A stretch of DNA of 64,000 nucleotides, taken from assembly GCA_030390025.1 (NCBI GenBank), contig JASTWF010000345.1:62001-126000 (forward strand), in the 5' to 3' direction. The position numbers and the translations under genes were made by a program. The number at the start of each line of letters is the position of its first letter. The stretch's first letter is position 1. The notes under the pieces are model-generated. The model searched no databases and was not told where the DNA came from. It saw nothing but the letters and a program-made list of their open reading frames with translations. Below are positions 1 through 12,537 of this stretch, piece after piece. This DNA comes from Squalus acanthias (Eukaryota).

Positions 1-400
1 GTCCCACTCCAGAGACTTGAGCACAAAATCTAGGTTGACACACCAGCACTGAGGGAGTCCGCTGCACTGTCGGAGGTGCCCTCTTTTTGATGAAACGTTA
101 AACCGAGGCACCGTCTACTCTCTCAGGTGGATATAAAAGGTCCCATGGTACTGTTCGAAGAAGAGCAGGGGAATTCTCCCCAGTGTCCTGGTCAACATTT
201 ATCCCTCAACCAATATCATTAAAATATAGATTTTCTGGTCATTTTCCCATTTCGGTTTTTGTGACCGAGCTGTGCACAAATTGCTTCCGCATTTCCTACA
301 TTACAACAGAGACTACGCTTCAAAAGCACTTCATTGGTTGTAAAGTGCTTTGAGAAGTCCTGAGCTCGGGAAAGGCGCTATACAAATACAAGTTTTCTTC
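1..400 (+). mobile_element. tRNA-derived SINE, DeuSINE/SacSINE1-like (head cut by window edge)
   Basis: Collinear with copies at 5519-5950 (-), 24655-25070 (-) and 32961-33245 (+); family name is from recalled similarity, not a search. Confidence 0.8.
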
Positions 401-1485
401 CCATTTTGTTACTTTGCTATTTTTCACTTTTTTTATCCATTCCTGCACACTTGCCCGTCTTGCTTTTTTTCTGCTTTCGCATCGTGATTTTTTCCCTTCC
501 CCCCTCATATGGTTTAAACAATCCCCCACAACACTAGTTACTCTCCGAGAGAGGGCAAGTGAAGCCCATCCATCCTGTATAGGCTACTCTCGTCCCAGAA
601 CTGATCTCAGTATTCCAGGAATGTGAACTATTCCCTGCTACACCTCCAGCCATGCATTTACTTCCTTTATCTTGCTATTCCTATACTGATTAGCAGAAGG
701 AGTAATCCTGAGATTACTACGCTTGAGAGCCTGCTCTTTCATCCAGCTCCTAATTCCTGAAACTCCCTTTGCAGGTGCTCAATTCTATTCTTCATATTGA
801 TTCTCTCAACTACTTCTGACGGTCCTTTTCCCTCTTTAAAACATTTTGCACCTCCTCCATTATATACCTTACCCTGGTAACTAGGAGCGAAGGCACTACT
901 TGCGACTCGCAGTTGTGGCTACAAAAGCTCTTGTCTATTCTTTGACTCTGGAATCCCTGGGAGCGATTTTCCCAGCCCCGAGGAGGCGGGATTGGAGGCG
1001 GGACAGTTGGCAAAATGGCAAAAACTGAGGGTGGGTTCGGAACCCGCCTCCAACCCACCTCCACACAATTTTGCCGAAGGCGGTTTTGATGGGTGCGATT
1101 CGGTTCCGCCTCCAGCAGTCCAGAGAGGTAGTTAAGACCCTTAAATAGTGGTTAAGGGCCTCTATAATCCTATTTTGACAGGCCCTTGTTATTTTTCCAC
1201 ATTTTCAGCGTGTTCCATGACCCTCCTAAACCACGCCAGCTATTCCTGACGGGTTGACAAGTGGGTGGCCTCCTCACAGCTGCAGCTCCACCAATAAAAC
1301 GGAGCTTTCATCAGGGATCAGTTGCAGGTGGCAGAACTTTTGTTCCACAGGTCTTTCAGCACTTTTAGCAGGCCTACCGAAGTCGGAGGTGCTGCATCTT
1401 CTATCTCTCAACTGTGCGACCTCCTTGGAAGACCCTCTCCCTGCTTGGACTGAGCGCTTCCCCAACGGAGGTATCTGCCAGCAGC

Positions 1486-2785
1486 ATGGGAACCATATAT
1501 TTCTTTTCACCATGGAGCTCAGATTTGGATGAGGAGCAGCCACGGCAGCAGCAGAACCAGGCAGCTCAGCAGCAACAGCAGCAGGAGTGCCAACCTCTTG
1601 CTCACCAACCTGATGCTGCACAGGGAAGAAGGCGCCAGCGCATCGAGGCACCTCGCTGCAGGAGATACCCCCTTAGGGTTTACAGACAAAGGATGAGCTA
1701 CCTCAACATGAGTGAGCAGCAGTGCCAAAGGAGGCTCAGACTTTCGTGAGAGGTTGTCTGAGACATCTGCGCACTGCTGCACCAACACCTGGAGCCCAGA
1801 GGTGCGGGTGGACACCCCTAACCAGTGGCTGTCAAAGTCACCACCGCACTCAACTTTTTTGCCTCAGGCTCCTTCCTGGGATCATTAGCAGACACCAGTG
1901 GCATCTCCCAGTCGGCCGCCCATAGTTGCATCACGCAGGTTACCGATGCCCTTTTCGCAAAGGCCCACAATTACATCCACTTCTCAAGGGATCAAGTAAG
2001 TGTCACCGCGCGTTCAGTTGGCTTTGCAAATATGGCAGGCTTGCCAATGGTGCAGGGCATCATAGACTGCACACGTGTGGCCCTTAGGGCACCCCATTAG
2101 AACCCAGCTATCTTTGTCAACCGCAAAGGCTTCCACTCCCTCAACGTACAGCTGGTGTGTAACCACAAGAAGGAGATTTTGCATGTTTGCGCCAAGTTCT
2201 GTGGTCGTTGCCATGACTCTTTCATCCGGCGGAACTCGAGTGTTCCTCCACTCTTCAATCCACCAAACCAACTTAACAGATGGCTCCTTGGTGACAAATG
2301 CTACCCCCTGAAGAAGTGGCTAATGACGCCGATCAGGAGGCCAGCTAACGAGGCTGAAGAGCGCTACAACGCCAGCCACACTTCGACCAGGTCCATCGTC
2401 GAGCAAACCAATGGCTTGTTGAAGATGCGATTCCGATGCCTTGACAGACCAGGTGGAGCCCTGCAGTATTCAGCAGCCAGGGTCTCCAGAATGCTGTGCA
2501 CTGCGCAACATGGCACAGCGTCATGGCTTGCAGCTTCCTGATGAACAAGTGGCTCAGTTCATAGCCTCCTCAGATGAGGATGAGGATGAGGAAGAGGAGG
2601 AGGAGGAGGAGCAGGAGCAGGAGCAGGAGGAGCAGGAGGAGGACCGAGCGCCGGCCTATCGACCAGCAGCAGCAGGAGCACGCGAGCACATGGCTGCCCG
2701 TGATGCAAGGCATGCACTTATCCTGGCTAGATTTGCATACGTTGCCCATGTTGGTACATGCCCATGGCTCCATCTTAAGACATGA
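1486..2785 (+). pseudogene. Harbinger DDE transposase (HARBI1/DDE_Tnp_4 family) of H1
   Basis: ORFs 1414-1749, 1825-2100 and 2155-2541 share one frame with in-frame stops at 1747, 1759, 1819, 2098; motifs [46 protein letters not shown]; frameshift near 2490; polyQ N-terminus and acidic C-terminal tract. Confidence 0.93.
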
Positions 2786-2997
2786 TAGACAATGGACATG
2801 ACTTTCTGGTCTCCTTTCACTCTGGCCACCAACCTGACCATGCAAGTGTCGCGGAGCCCGCAATGTGGAGCTGCCGAAGGCGAAATAACAGATGCCATCA
2901 CACCAACAGTTTGCCATCAAATCATTTTTATACTTTCCAACAGGGATGGCATTTCATCAATACACATAAACATTCACCCAAGTGGCTACCCCTGTGA

Positions 2998-4971
2998 CTA
3001 ATGGTGCTTTATTTTTCTCTTACGCATGCTCCTACGTGATGCTCCCCCTGTGGCTTCAGCAGAAGTGGAGGCCCCTTGCTCACTTTGATGGTGCTCCTGC
3101 TTTGACACCTTTGGCGGGCGTCCTCTGGGTTTACGAGCCTGCAAGGGCTCGCCAAATGTCTACTCCTCCTGCGGCAGTGCAGGGGCTGAGACGCCCATCT
3201 CAGTTGGGTGCGGACTCTGGTGGGGCTCTGACCGAGCGCTACGCAGTGGCATGGAAGTGTGAGCTCTTGGAGAGGGGCTCCCATTTCCTTGTTCTCTGCC
3301 ACCAACTTCCCTCTCATGGGTCAGGTCAACCTCAGCGCTTGCAAGTGGCTTGAGAGCACCTTGCTGCACATCAGGGGGGCCATGGGGACCCATCTCTGCA
3401 CTGGCAGTCCTACTCAAAAGGACTTCCATGAAGCTCTGGTTTCTCTGTTCAATAGCTGCCCATCGCTCCTTCACAGATGTCAGTCTATTCTGAACAATCA
3501 CCATGTTTTCCTGACTCTGGCGACTTATTGCCTCCATGGCCATAGCCAGCCTTTCCACAGAGGTTGCCATCCTTTCCGTGGTGCTGCGTATATGCGCCAT
3601 TGCCTCCCCAACAGCACTGCTCAGATTAGAGTTGGACTCCTCCATCCTCTCAACACTCGCAGTGACCCTGGAGACAAGACCTGTCAGAGACTCCTGCACC
3701 TGCTGCTGGAGTTCCAGCACCACTCTATTTCTGGATGGACCCGGAGGCACAGGGTCCACATGCAGTGGAGCAGAGCTAGGAGAGTCCTGCGTCCTCCGCC
3801 GAGGACTCTCCACTGCTGTCCCTGTCTCCACCACCTGCTGATGCTCAACTGTGAGATGTGATACACACGGTGACAACACTAATCTATGTCCCGAAGGTTC
3901 CACCGAGGTGTGCGTATCTGCGCTGGTGCTGGGTTTGCTTAATTCTGCTGACGCTGCGTCCTCAGAGGTTGCAGGTTCCCTTGAGGAGTCTTGCTGCTCA
4001 GCTTCTTCCTCCTCGACAGTGGGGGGAGGGGGGAGGTGCGGGGGGGGGGGGGGGGTGCTCTGTGGATGGTCCTGTGGGTGAATAAAGGCATGGGTTAGAC
4101 ATTTGACGGAAGTGTGTCATGCACATGCAATAGTACAGATGCTCAATGGCATTCTAATAATGTACACCAGCAGCCATTTCAGTCACTTAAGCAGTCTAAA
4201 TGAGAGAGAGGTATAACTATTCTGTCACCAGCTTGCTCTGCCTCGCCCGTCTGTCCATCCCCCACTTCCACCTCCACCTCTGCGCCGGCGATGTCCAGGG
4301 CCGCCTCTTCAGCCTGGGTGAGAATGGCGAGGGAAGGTGGCCCTCCTCCTGTCTTCGCCCTTTCCCTTCTATTGTGGGCTCTCTTTTCCTGCAGTGAGGG
4401 AGACAAGTGGAGTTGGAGTGAGAATGATGGAGTGAGTGTACAGAGTCGAGAGCATAGATGCTTAGAAGGAGACAAAGATGGAGTGAGGTTCCATGTCCAA
4501 GGGCCCTCCCTGTGCATTGTTAGTCATTGTCATTGCATAACATTGAAAGGGAGTGTGAGGCCAGCATAGTCGAATAGTCAAGTGATTGGGTTCATAGAGT
4601 GAGAGGGATGGTCAAGGGTGCAAGGGTTGTAAGGGTAAAGTGGGATGTGTAGGAGGAGGTTGACAATGCAGAGTGCTGGTGATGAGAGGAGAAGGGGAGC
4701 AGAAGGAGGGCCAAGCTGAAGGTATACTCACTTTGCCTGATCTTACAAGGTCATTGAACCTTTTACGGCACTGCATCCAGGTTCTGGTGCACACCGATCT
4801 GGAGGTTATATCCCTTGCCAGCTGCACCCAGACAGCCTTGGTTTCTTTGGGAGGCCTCTTCCTCCCAGATGAGGGGAAGAGCACCTCCCTGCTGGATCTC
4901 GCCCCCTCAACCAGCATACCCAGCGTCTCATCGGAGAACCTCGGGGAGGCCCTTGCCTTGGAGCTGGCCAT
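2998..4971 (-). pseudogene. Harbinger Myb/SANT-like DNA-binding protein of H1; 3 exons (4971-4732, 4388-4229, 4071-2998)
   Basis: Exon 1 PRFSDETLGML..W..LA..RTWMQCRKRFNDL; AAA|GTGAGT donor, CTGCAG|GAA acceptor, G|GTGACA donor, CACAG|GA acceptor; exon 2 has TGGGPP; frameshift in poly-G 4040-4055 and a stop at 3160. Confidence 0.88.
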
Positions 4972-5518
4972 TCTTCAAGGAGATAAAAGTTTGGAGGTGC
5001 TGCAGCATCGACCAAAAACCAGTGGAATGAGCCAAGGCTGCAAGCAGCCCTTAAATGAAGCTGGATAAGTGATGTCAGCAGAGGTGAGTTTCAGTCCCAA
5101 AAGACTAATTGGCCAAGGGGAACCCACACTTCTGAAATCAACTGGCCAATTAGGGGAAAATCGCAATTTTTTCCCACCTCTCAATGGAGGCGAGTTTGGA
5201 ACCCACCCAAACCGAAACCCGCCTCCATTGGGAAAATCGCCCCCCCTATTACTGTGACATTTCTGCATGTCAATTACCATTTTTTGGCAACCCCTAGTTC
5301 CACAGTTTTGCTCGTGGTTGATCTCCTCTGAGTTGTTGTCATTGTAACAGGTGCCCATTTGTAAATTCAACACCATTTGGAGATCCCTGCATAGCTCCTG
5401 TCTCCTCCTACCCAGTTGGATGGTCTTCCACTTCCCATTCTCACTAACCTGCTCTGTCATCGAGGTGACCACCTCATGAAATGTACATTCCTGGAACCTT
5501 TCAGTCTCCTGTATTTAA

Positions 5519-5950
5519 TGAAGACTTGCATTTATTTGAATGCCTGTCATGATCTTAGAACACCCCAAAGCGCTTTACACCCAATGAAATACTTTTGAAA
5601 TGTAGTTACGGTTGTAATGTAGGAAATGTGGCAGCCAATTACCACGCAGCAATAAACAGCAATGAGATAATTGCCAGATAATCTGTTGTTTAGCGATGAT
5701 GGCTGAGGGATAAATATTGGTCAGGATACCGGGAAGAACTCCCCTGCTTTTAGAAATAGTGCCATGAGATCTTTTATGTCCACCTGAGAGGGCAGATGGG
5801 GCCTCGGTTTAATATCTCCTCCAAAAGACAGCACCTCCGACAGTGCAGCATTCCCTCAGTACTGCACTGTGCTTAAGTCCATGGAGTGGGATTTGAACCC
5901 ACGACATTCTAACTCAGAGGCGAGAGTGCTATCACTGAGCCACAGCTGAC
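5519..5950 (-). mobile_element. tRNA-derived DeuSINE-like SINE, full length
   Basis: Minus-strand A box TGGCTCAGTGATAG and B box GGTTCAAATCC; body matches 1-400. Confidence 0.85.
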
Positions 5951-6709
5951 ATTTTTGTTTGAATGCCCCTGCTGCTCCCCAAGCTTAGAAACCATGCGTT
6001 TAGCACAAGCAGTCAGACATTTCCTGCATGTGATCATCTGGGCACACAGAGCATCCAGGAACTTTCATATCGGACACTACTGCACATCACTGCTTTCAGT
6101 TGTTCCCCTCATACCAAACAAAACTACCTTATTTTAATACACTAATAAAATTAAACATAGCAATTTTGTGTTTTAGTCTCTCAAGTATAATTTTAGGCTG
6201 ACTACACCTCAAAGCTGAACTCCAGCTAAGGCTGAACTCATCACTTTCTTGGCCTTTTGTATTCTTGCTAGTGTATTCAAGACTAATCTCTTCTAGTACA
6301 CTGAAATTTATACCCATCTATACTTATACAATAGCCCAACACAGGAAAAACATCCAATTGGAGGACAGCTAATCATACCATCAATTAATTAACATATTGC
6401 TTACTCAAATCAGCCCATAGATAAAGCACCAAATAAACAAAATTAAGTATTGAATTCCTAAAATTAAGCAAATTAAAGTCAAAATACAATAAAATAAGTA
6501 AAAATGTCAGTACTTTTGCCCCATCACTCCCGCTGAGGCAAAAGTCCACACTCTCCTGGCCTTTTGCACTCCAAAGGTCTCTCGCTGCTTCATGTCTTAA
6601 AGTCACTGGTAAACACTTAGCGCTAGTAGACTTGGACTGCCCTATCAGAAGCAGCGGTGGAAGCAGAATCCATAATAGTTTTAAAAGGGAATGTTTGAAA
6701 AAGAAAAAA

Positions 6710-6817
6710 GGTATGGGGAAATAGCAGGGACCACGTGGATAGCTCTTTCGTAGAGTTGACACAGACAAGATGGGTTGAATGGCCTCTTTCTATGCTGTAA
6801 AATGCTATGATTCTATA
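6710..6817 (+). mobile_element. CR1 LINE 3' terminal fragment
   Basis: GGGTTGAATGGCCTC...CTATGATTCTAT tail resembling the other CR1 3' ends in the window. Confidence 0.5.
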
Positions 6818-7424
6818 GGGTTGATTTCCCTCTGATTTCCAGGACTTACCTGGGGGGTGGAGTTTGGTTGATGAAACCAGTTAAATGAGGTGCAAGGGGG
6901 TGTTCCGGCTCCTGCCTTGTTTTCCGACTGCTAGGATTGCTGGCCACCTCAGGGTGCTGTGCTCTGTCCATAACCCCCTGCTTAATATTTGATGCTTCTA
7001 GGATCCTGAAGTCCACTCAGCCAGTATAAAGAAGGCACTAACCACCTGGCTGGAAGCAATACTGTAGATATTGGTCTCAGGCCGATAGTTACAATGTAAC
7101 TACAGCAAAAGAAATATTGGAGCTATGTACAGGAAGCTTTACTCTGCACTTACACCATGCTATGTTTTATATGGTACAGGACCTGGTTTTAATTGGCAAA
7201 AAGCAGAAAATGTTCCTTCCGTTCCTTTTCACTGACATTCCTTATTTTAACGAGTACAACACTCATTCTCAAAAAAGAAAAAAATTTGAAATAAAACAAA
7301 ACACTAACTTAAACAATATTGATTATTTCTATTGGTAGGCAAATTGAGTTACAAGTTCATGAACACAAAACGAGTACTACATACATAAGGGGTTGAGGGG
7401 GTGTGATTAATGGGTGACTAGAAG

Positions 7425-7630
7425 AAACTTTTTCACATAATAAGTTACCAGAATGTGGAATGCTTTGCCACAAGTGGTGATTGATGCTAAATTGATTACA
7501 GCATTCAATGTTACTGAAAGAAGAAAATATAAAAGGGTATAGGGAGAAAGCAGGAAAATGGGACTGTAAAAATCAGCCCTTGAGAGCCCCTACATTCAGC
7601 ACAGGCAAGAAGGGTTTAATAGCCCCATGC
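7425..7630 (+). mobile_element. Degenerate CR1 3' fragment
   Basis: AGAAACTTTTTCAC...AGAATGTGGAATGCTTTGCCAC corresponds to the RNFFTQRVV..WNSLP region. Confidence 0.55.
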
Positions 7631-8778
7631 TAAAAATGTCGTTTTCTCTTAACATTCAAAAGTTCAAAAACATAGAATAATTTTAATAAAACTAGTTTTA
7701 TCTAGGAAGAATGGCTAAAACCACAGTGTTTATAAATTGCAGGTGAGCAGAAAAACCTCTAGGTGATGAGTAATTCTGTGATTGATGCCTGTTTTATGAC
7801 TGAGCTGTATTCTCAGGAGTATGTAATGAATGAGATCCATCAACGGTTCCTGTAAGAGCACTTTATAGAAATGACTAGCTAACTGGTTTATCTGTTTTTA
7901 GAAAGCAAAGATTTTATTACTTCCTCTGTAATTTCTATGTCAAGAAAAATTATATTTGTCACTCATCCAATGTAAATTTAATTCATTAATATAATATTGT
8001 ATTCATTATGGGAAAAGCCATAACTAATGTAAGCAATTTCTCCAAGCTAAAAGAAAGCTTTGCCCTTGCCCATCTCTTGATATGAAAGGATGATATCATC
8101 TGCATAATTATAGCAATGGCATTTATCTGACCCTAAAAAATGACTGCAATATTAGCATACAAACACATATCGCATTGGTGTGACATTCCTCTATTCACTT
8201 AAAATTGGGACAATGCCCCAGTTAAAAAAAACCAGAGGAATACCATACCAATATGTTCCTATGCTAATACCGCAAACAGTAATTTTCAGTATTTGTTGGC
8301 CTGGATAGGAAAATGTGCTCACAAGTGCCAGGTGTGAGTGGAAAGAGGCCACCCACGCATTGGTCTGCGGGCTCTTCAGTCCCCCTTTGGGAATAACGCA
8401 GCTTAGGCCTTTCAGAGAACAAGTGAAGGACATGGAAATGAAGGTGGGCTATTGGTATGGCATCATCTGCCAAAGTTCCTGTCATCCCAGCCTACTTTAC
8501 ATTGGAACGTGGAACAGTACAGACAGGCCCAACTCTCGGTATAAATTTCACTGGAGGATGTTGGAAGGTGCCAAACTTTAATGCCTGTTTCAGTGAGGTG
8601 AGATTTTGAACTACTGTAAAGGGACATTTATCTTAGGAGATATGTTATTGCTGCTGTCAGTTGAAGTAATTTAACTTAAGGGTCATTATTACTTGAAGCT
8701 GTGACTTCAGTGTGGGAGAGATTTAAAAGGGTCTGCACTGACTCTTAAAAGAGAATTCCCCTTGAGGTGCCAGGGAAC

Positions 8779-9445
8779 ATGACGGTACCTCTAGATATTC
8801 ATGTATTTGGCATTTCTTGAAGATGAGGAGGATAGATGGGACCAGAAAACAGTTCAGCTGCATCAGAGGACACTGAGATGGGTAAGGAGTTATCCAGCCA
8901 CCAAACTGTACAGAATTACACAGAACTGTTACCTACAGCTGTTTGAAGAGCAGTACATGAGGAGACTCAGATTCCCAAAAGATGCAGTTCATGAGCTATG
9001 CAGGATCCCGAAACCTCACCTGAAGCCAACTTCGAGGAATGCCACCGCTTTGTCTATGGAGGTGAAGTTTTCCACCATACTAACATTTTACAGATCTTTC
9101 CAGTCTAGTGCAGGGGGATCGCCATGACATTTCACAGCCAGCGCTCCACTGTTGCATCAGGCAGGTGACTGATGCACTGTTCACTAGAGCTGTCCAGTTC
9201 ACTTCCTTCCCCGTGGATGCATCTTCTCAACGTGAGAGGGCATTGAGCTTTTTCAGAGTGGTAGGCTTCCCAAGGGTGAAAAGCAATATGGATTGCACTC
9301 AGGTGGCTATTATTACATCAACAAAAAGGGATACCATTCCCTAAACATGCAGCTGGTATGCGACCACAGGAATAAGATCTTGCACAGCTACATGAGGTAC
9401 CCTGGCAGTTGCCATGATGCATTTATCATGAGGAAGTCTTCTACT
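8779..9445 (+). pseudogene. Old Harbinger transposase, 5' two-thirds
   Basis: RRLRFPKDAVHELC, ISQPALHCCIRQVTDALF, GFPRV..MDCTQV, KGYHSLNMQLVCDH, YPGSCHDAFI across frameshifts; collinear with the H1 transposase. Confidence 0.85.
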
Positions 9446-9454
9446 TTATTACAA

Positions 9455-9662
9455 TGATGCGGAGATGCCGGTGTTGGACTGGGGTGGACAAAAGTGAGAA
9501 GTCGCACAACACCAGGTTATAGTCCAACAGTTTTATTTGAAATCACAAGCTTTCGGAGCTGCTGCCCCTTCGTCACCTGACGAAGGGGCAGCAGCTCCGA
9601 AAGCTTGTGATTTCAAATAAAACTGTTGGACTATAACCTGGTGTTGTGCGACTTCTCACTTT
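9455..9662. mobile_element. Penelope-like pseudo-LTR fold-back insertion (perfect 85-bp inverted repeat)
   Basis: Arms 9491-9575 and 9578-9662, 2-nt loop; ACTTTATTACAA duplicated at 9443-9454 and 9658-9669. Confidence 0.8.
9573..9610 (+). ncRNA. Minimal type I hammerhead ribozyme motif
   Basis: TCAC-CTGACGA-A-GGGGC(AGCA)GCTCC-GAAA-GC-TT-GTGA: CUGANGA and GAAA core, stem I TCAC/GTGA, 5-bp stem II, palindromic AGCT stem III. Confidence 0.7.
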
Positions 9663-11199
9663 ATTACAAGACTCTCTTATCTCTTACCTGGTAGCTTCAT
9701 GCCATGCTGTCTCACTTTGGCAGTCTGCATGCTTTATTAGATGTCTGGCGTTACCTTGAGCCTAGCCATACTATGTGATGGTTTCTTAATATTGGGACTG
9801 AACTGGTTTCCATTGGCTGCCTGCCTCGTTAACTCAAGGCTCATCTTGTCCCTACATTACATATTTGTCAAAGCATATTTACCTTAGGACTCTCCTGTTT
9901 CTACATGACACCCAACCTGGTTGCCAATGCCTTTTAACCTCAAGACTGCCTGTCTCTTGCGGTAGCATCTTGTCAAAACTCATTGAACTAATTACCCTCC
10001 CATGCTTAATGCTCCTATAAATCTGCTCCCTGTAAATTATCACCTCTTACATCAGCTTCCCACAAGTAACGCTTCAATAAATCAGATTTCTGTTATACAA
10101 CTGTTAAAATTTGTCTTCCTATAAATCATTTTGAAATAATTTAACTTCAATAAATAAAGTCACATTAAGTTAATCAACTATTCAGTGGAATCAGTTCTTT
10201 ACTAAAACATACTCAGTTATATCCCCTCAACAAATTGATCCACCTCCAATATTCCTGATAAATGAGTTTATAAATTAACTCTCTGAATACGTGCACCACA
10301 AATTGTGTTTCAATAAATTGATTTAGAAAATGTATGCTTCATAAATTAGGTTGCAATAAATCAACTAGATATTTTGATGCTTCAAAGACTCATTTATCCT
10401 TTTGTCATATGTTCCCATTCGTACTCCATCCTCTCAACATTGCTTTATGTCACTGACGATCTTTCCTTTAAGCCTATTTTTACTTCACTGCTGTTCCTGA
10501 TCATTGTCTGGTCACTTGGATGTTTTTTTTTTGTTAGCTTCTCTCCTATTTCCTCAATGCCTGCTGTCTTTGCTCCAGGAATTCAACGTACAACCCCACT
10601 ACAGACTATCTTCAGGCTGTGCATAATGTTTGCCCCATTTTCCTGAGATTATCCCCACTCATGGTTCCCCTTGTCCATGGCTCATTTGATTGTACATTTA
10701 TCAAATTTTGTTGCATGGACTTTTCCAAAGTATGATCCTTTTCTGTCTCTTACAATCCAGCATGTTTTATTTTGGTGCTTTTCATTTTTGTTGGCTTTGT
10801 TTGCACTCTTTTTTTGCATCTGTTTTCCATTCAATTTCTTTCTATGCTCTAGAATCTGCATTTCTTCGTGTTTATTACTAATATTATGTTTGCTCTTTAG
10901 ACCTCTCCCTGTTACTTTATAGGTCTTCCCACAGCCCTTTTTCTTGCTTTCTGTTATTTGTTTTCCCAATTTATTCCCTAACAAACCCCCTAACCCTCAC
11001 CCACCAATTAAGCAGGTTATTGGGACCAGATGTCTAAACAAATCCAACCTACATTTTCCATAGATTTAAACTCTGCAAGCATACAATATCTTCTTTAGCT
11101 GTGTTATTAAGTAGCAGGAATTTCCACGTGAGTGGAGCTATCCTTTTAGTTGCTGGCACTGTACATGATCAAAGAGGGATCAGAGGAAGATGGACAGCA

Positions 11200-11530
11200 A
11201 ATGATGAAGAATTATCCTTCTTAGAGAATTTACAGGCCAAGAACAATTTGACATTGACAGCAAAGCAATGTCTTTGTTTTTTTCACCTCAGCAAAGATGT
11301 ATTCACTAACATATGCCAGGTTCGTTACATGGTGACCTGGAGTCACTCTCTTTGATAACAAATGCGTTACGTGCAGCCATGAGCTCCTGCACTATGAGCT
11401 CGTTTCAGGCACCAGAGAATAATTACACTCTGCATTTCACAGCCCAGAATGCCAAACTGCATCTAAGAGGGCATAGGTCCACTACAAGTGAAGGCTTCAA
11501 GATTCGTGCACTTTTCTGTAGGTGAGGAGC
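11200..11530 (+). pseudogene. Highly degenerate Harbinger transposase N-terminal fragment
   Basis: LTAKQCLCFFHLSKDVFTNICQ, LHGDLE, SSFQ, KASRFVHF line up with H1 MSEQQCQRRLRLS..DIC..LHQHLE..GSF..KAHNYIHF. Confidence 0.55.
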
Positions 11531-11799
11531 ATACTCTGTGGGCATTTGTCCTTTCTTCCTCTTTTCACCCCATAGGTTCACTGATACCTTGTGTTTTCAG
11601 ATGCTGCCTTCTCTTCACTAGCAAAGCAATAATTCAGCATTCATGTCTCCTTCTTTTTACATTTTCTCTTTTCCTAAAACTTGAGGCCAAGGATAAAAGT
11701 GTATCATTTCACACCTGAGTTACAATAGAAAGCATTAATTCTAAGTACAATACCCAATTCTGAGTTCTGGTCCATGGCGTGCGTATTGCTTTTTAACAG

Positions 11800-12537
11800 C
11801 TTAATTGACAGGCTTGGCTCCCACTCGGGCGGGAAATGCTGCAGAAGAGGCCACAGCCCAGGAGCACTTAAATTTAGTGCTGTTGGGGGTAGAGATTGTT
11901 GGGGGTGGGGGGAGTGGCAGTACAGTGTGGTTTGGAGGGTTGGGGTGATCGCGGGGGGTTGGGGAGAGATCGGATGCAGAGATGGGGGGTGGTGGTCCGG
12001 GAGAGATCGGAGGGAGAGTCTGGGATTGGATGCAGAGATCAAGGGAGAGTCGGAGATTATGGGGCCGGCGATCGTGTGGGGCTGTTGGAGATCAGAGGGG
12101 GGTCGGTGATCACAGGGGTGTCAGGGGTAGATCATGGTGGTGGGGGGGAGGGGGCGGTGTTTACAGGTTTGCTTGTTGGGCCTGGAGGGATTGTTGGGGC
12201 TCCTCCTGCCCCACAATCAGTGCTGTAAATGTACTTACCTGATGGATCCAGCCCTTCTCGCCTCCTTTTACCTGCCGGGTTTCCTGAGGCCTGGGAAACC
12301 CGGCCAACAGTGTTTAAAAATAGGAACACTGTTAAAATGAAGGCAGGCAGCCTGTTTAAAAGATTTCAATGACCATCTCCTTCTGAGAGTGATTGGCCGC
12401 CCACCCCTCTTCCTACCTCTGTTAAAACTGGAAGTGGGAGCGTTCGAGGCGAGTTGTGTTCCTGTTTCAGATCTTTAACATTTTAACTCCCCACCTGACC
12501 CAAACCCACCTGTTTTTTGGGGTTAAATTTACCCCCA
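11800..12537. mobile_element. Partial non-autonomous Harbinger-type element (right end visible)
   Basis: Ends TTAAATTTACCCCC|ATA like other MITE termini here; G-rich low-complexity interior; left TIR not found. Confidence 0.45.

Larger units (their letters stand above)
959..5244 (+). mobile_element. PIF/Harbinger DNA transposon, full-length, decayed (element H1)
   Basis: 16-bp TIRs GGGAGCGATTTTCCCA (959-974) / TGGGAAAATCGCCCCC (5229-5244), 15/16 match; 3-bp direct repeat CCT at 956-958 and 5245-5247; convergent transposase and Myb/SANT genes. Confidence 0.92.

Noticed and set aside
2570..2920. Poly-Leu and poly-Arg ORFs
   Set aside because: Alternative frames of the (GAG)n acidic tract of the transposase
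4021..4055. Programmed frameshift at the start of Myb exon 3
   Set aside because: H1 and H2 shift by different amounts in homopolymer tracts, consistent with slippage or sequencing error
1486..4971. Domesticated HARBI1/NAIF1 or MSANTD host genes
   Set aside because: Stops, frameshifts, TIRs and multiple paralogous copies show transposon copies
10374..10984. Hydrophobic and lysine-rich short ORFs
   Set aside because: By-products of T-rich low-complexity sequence
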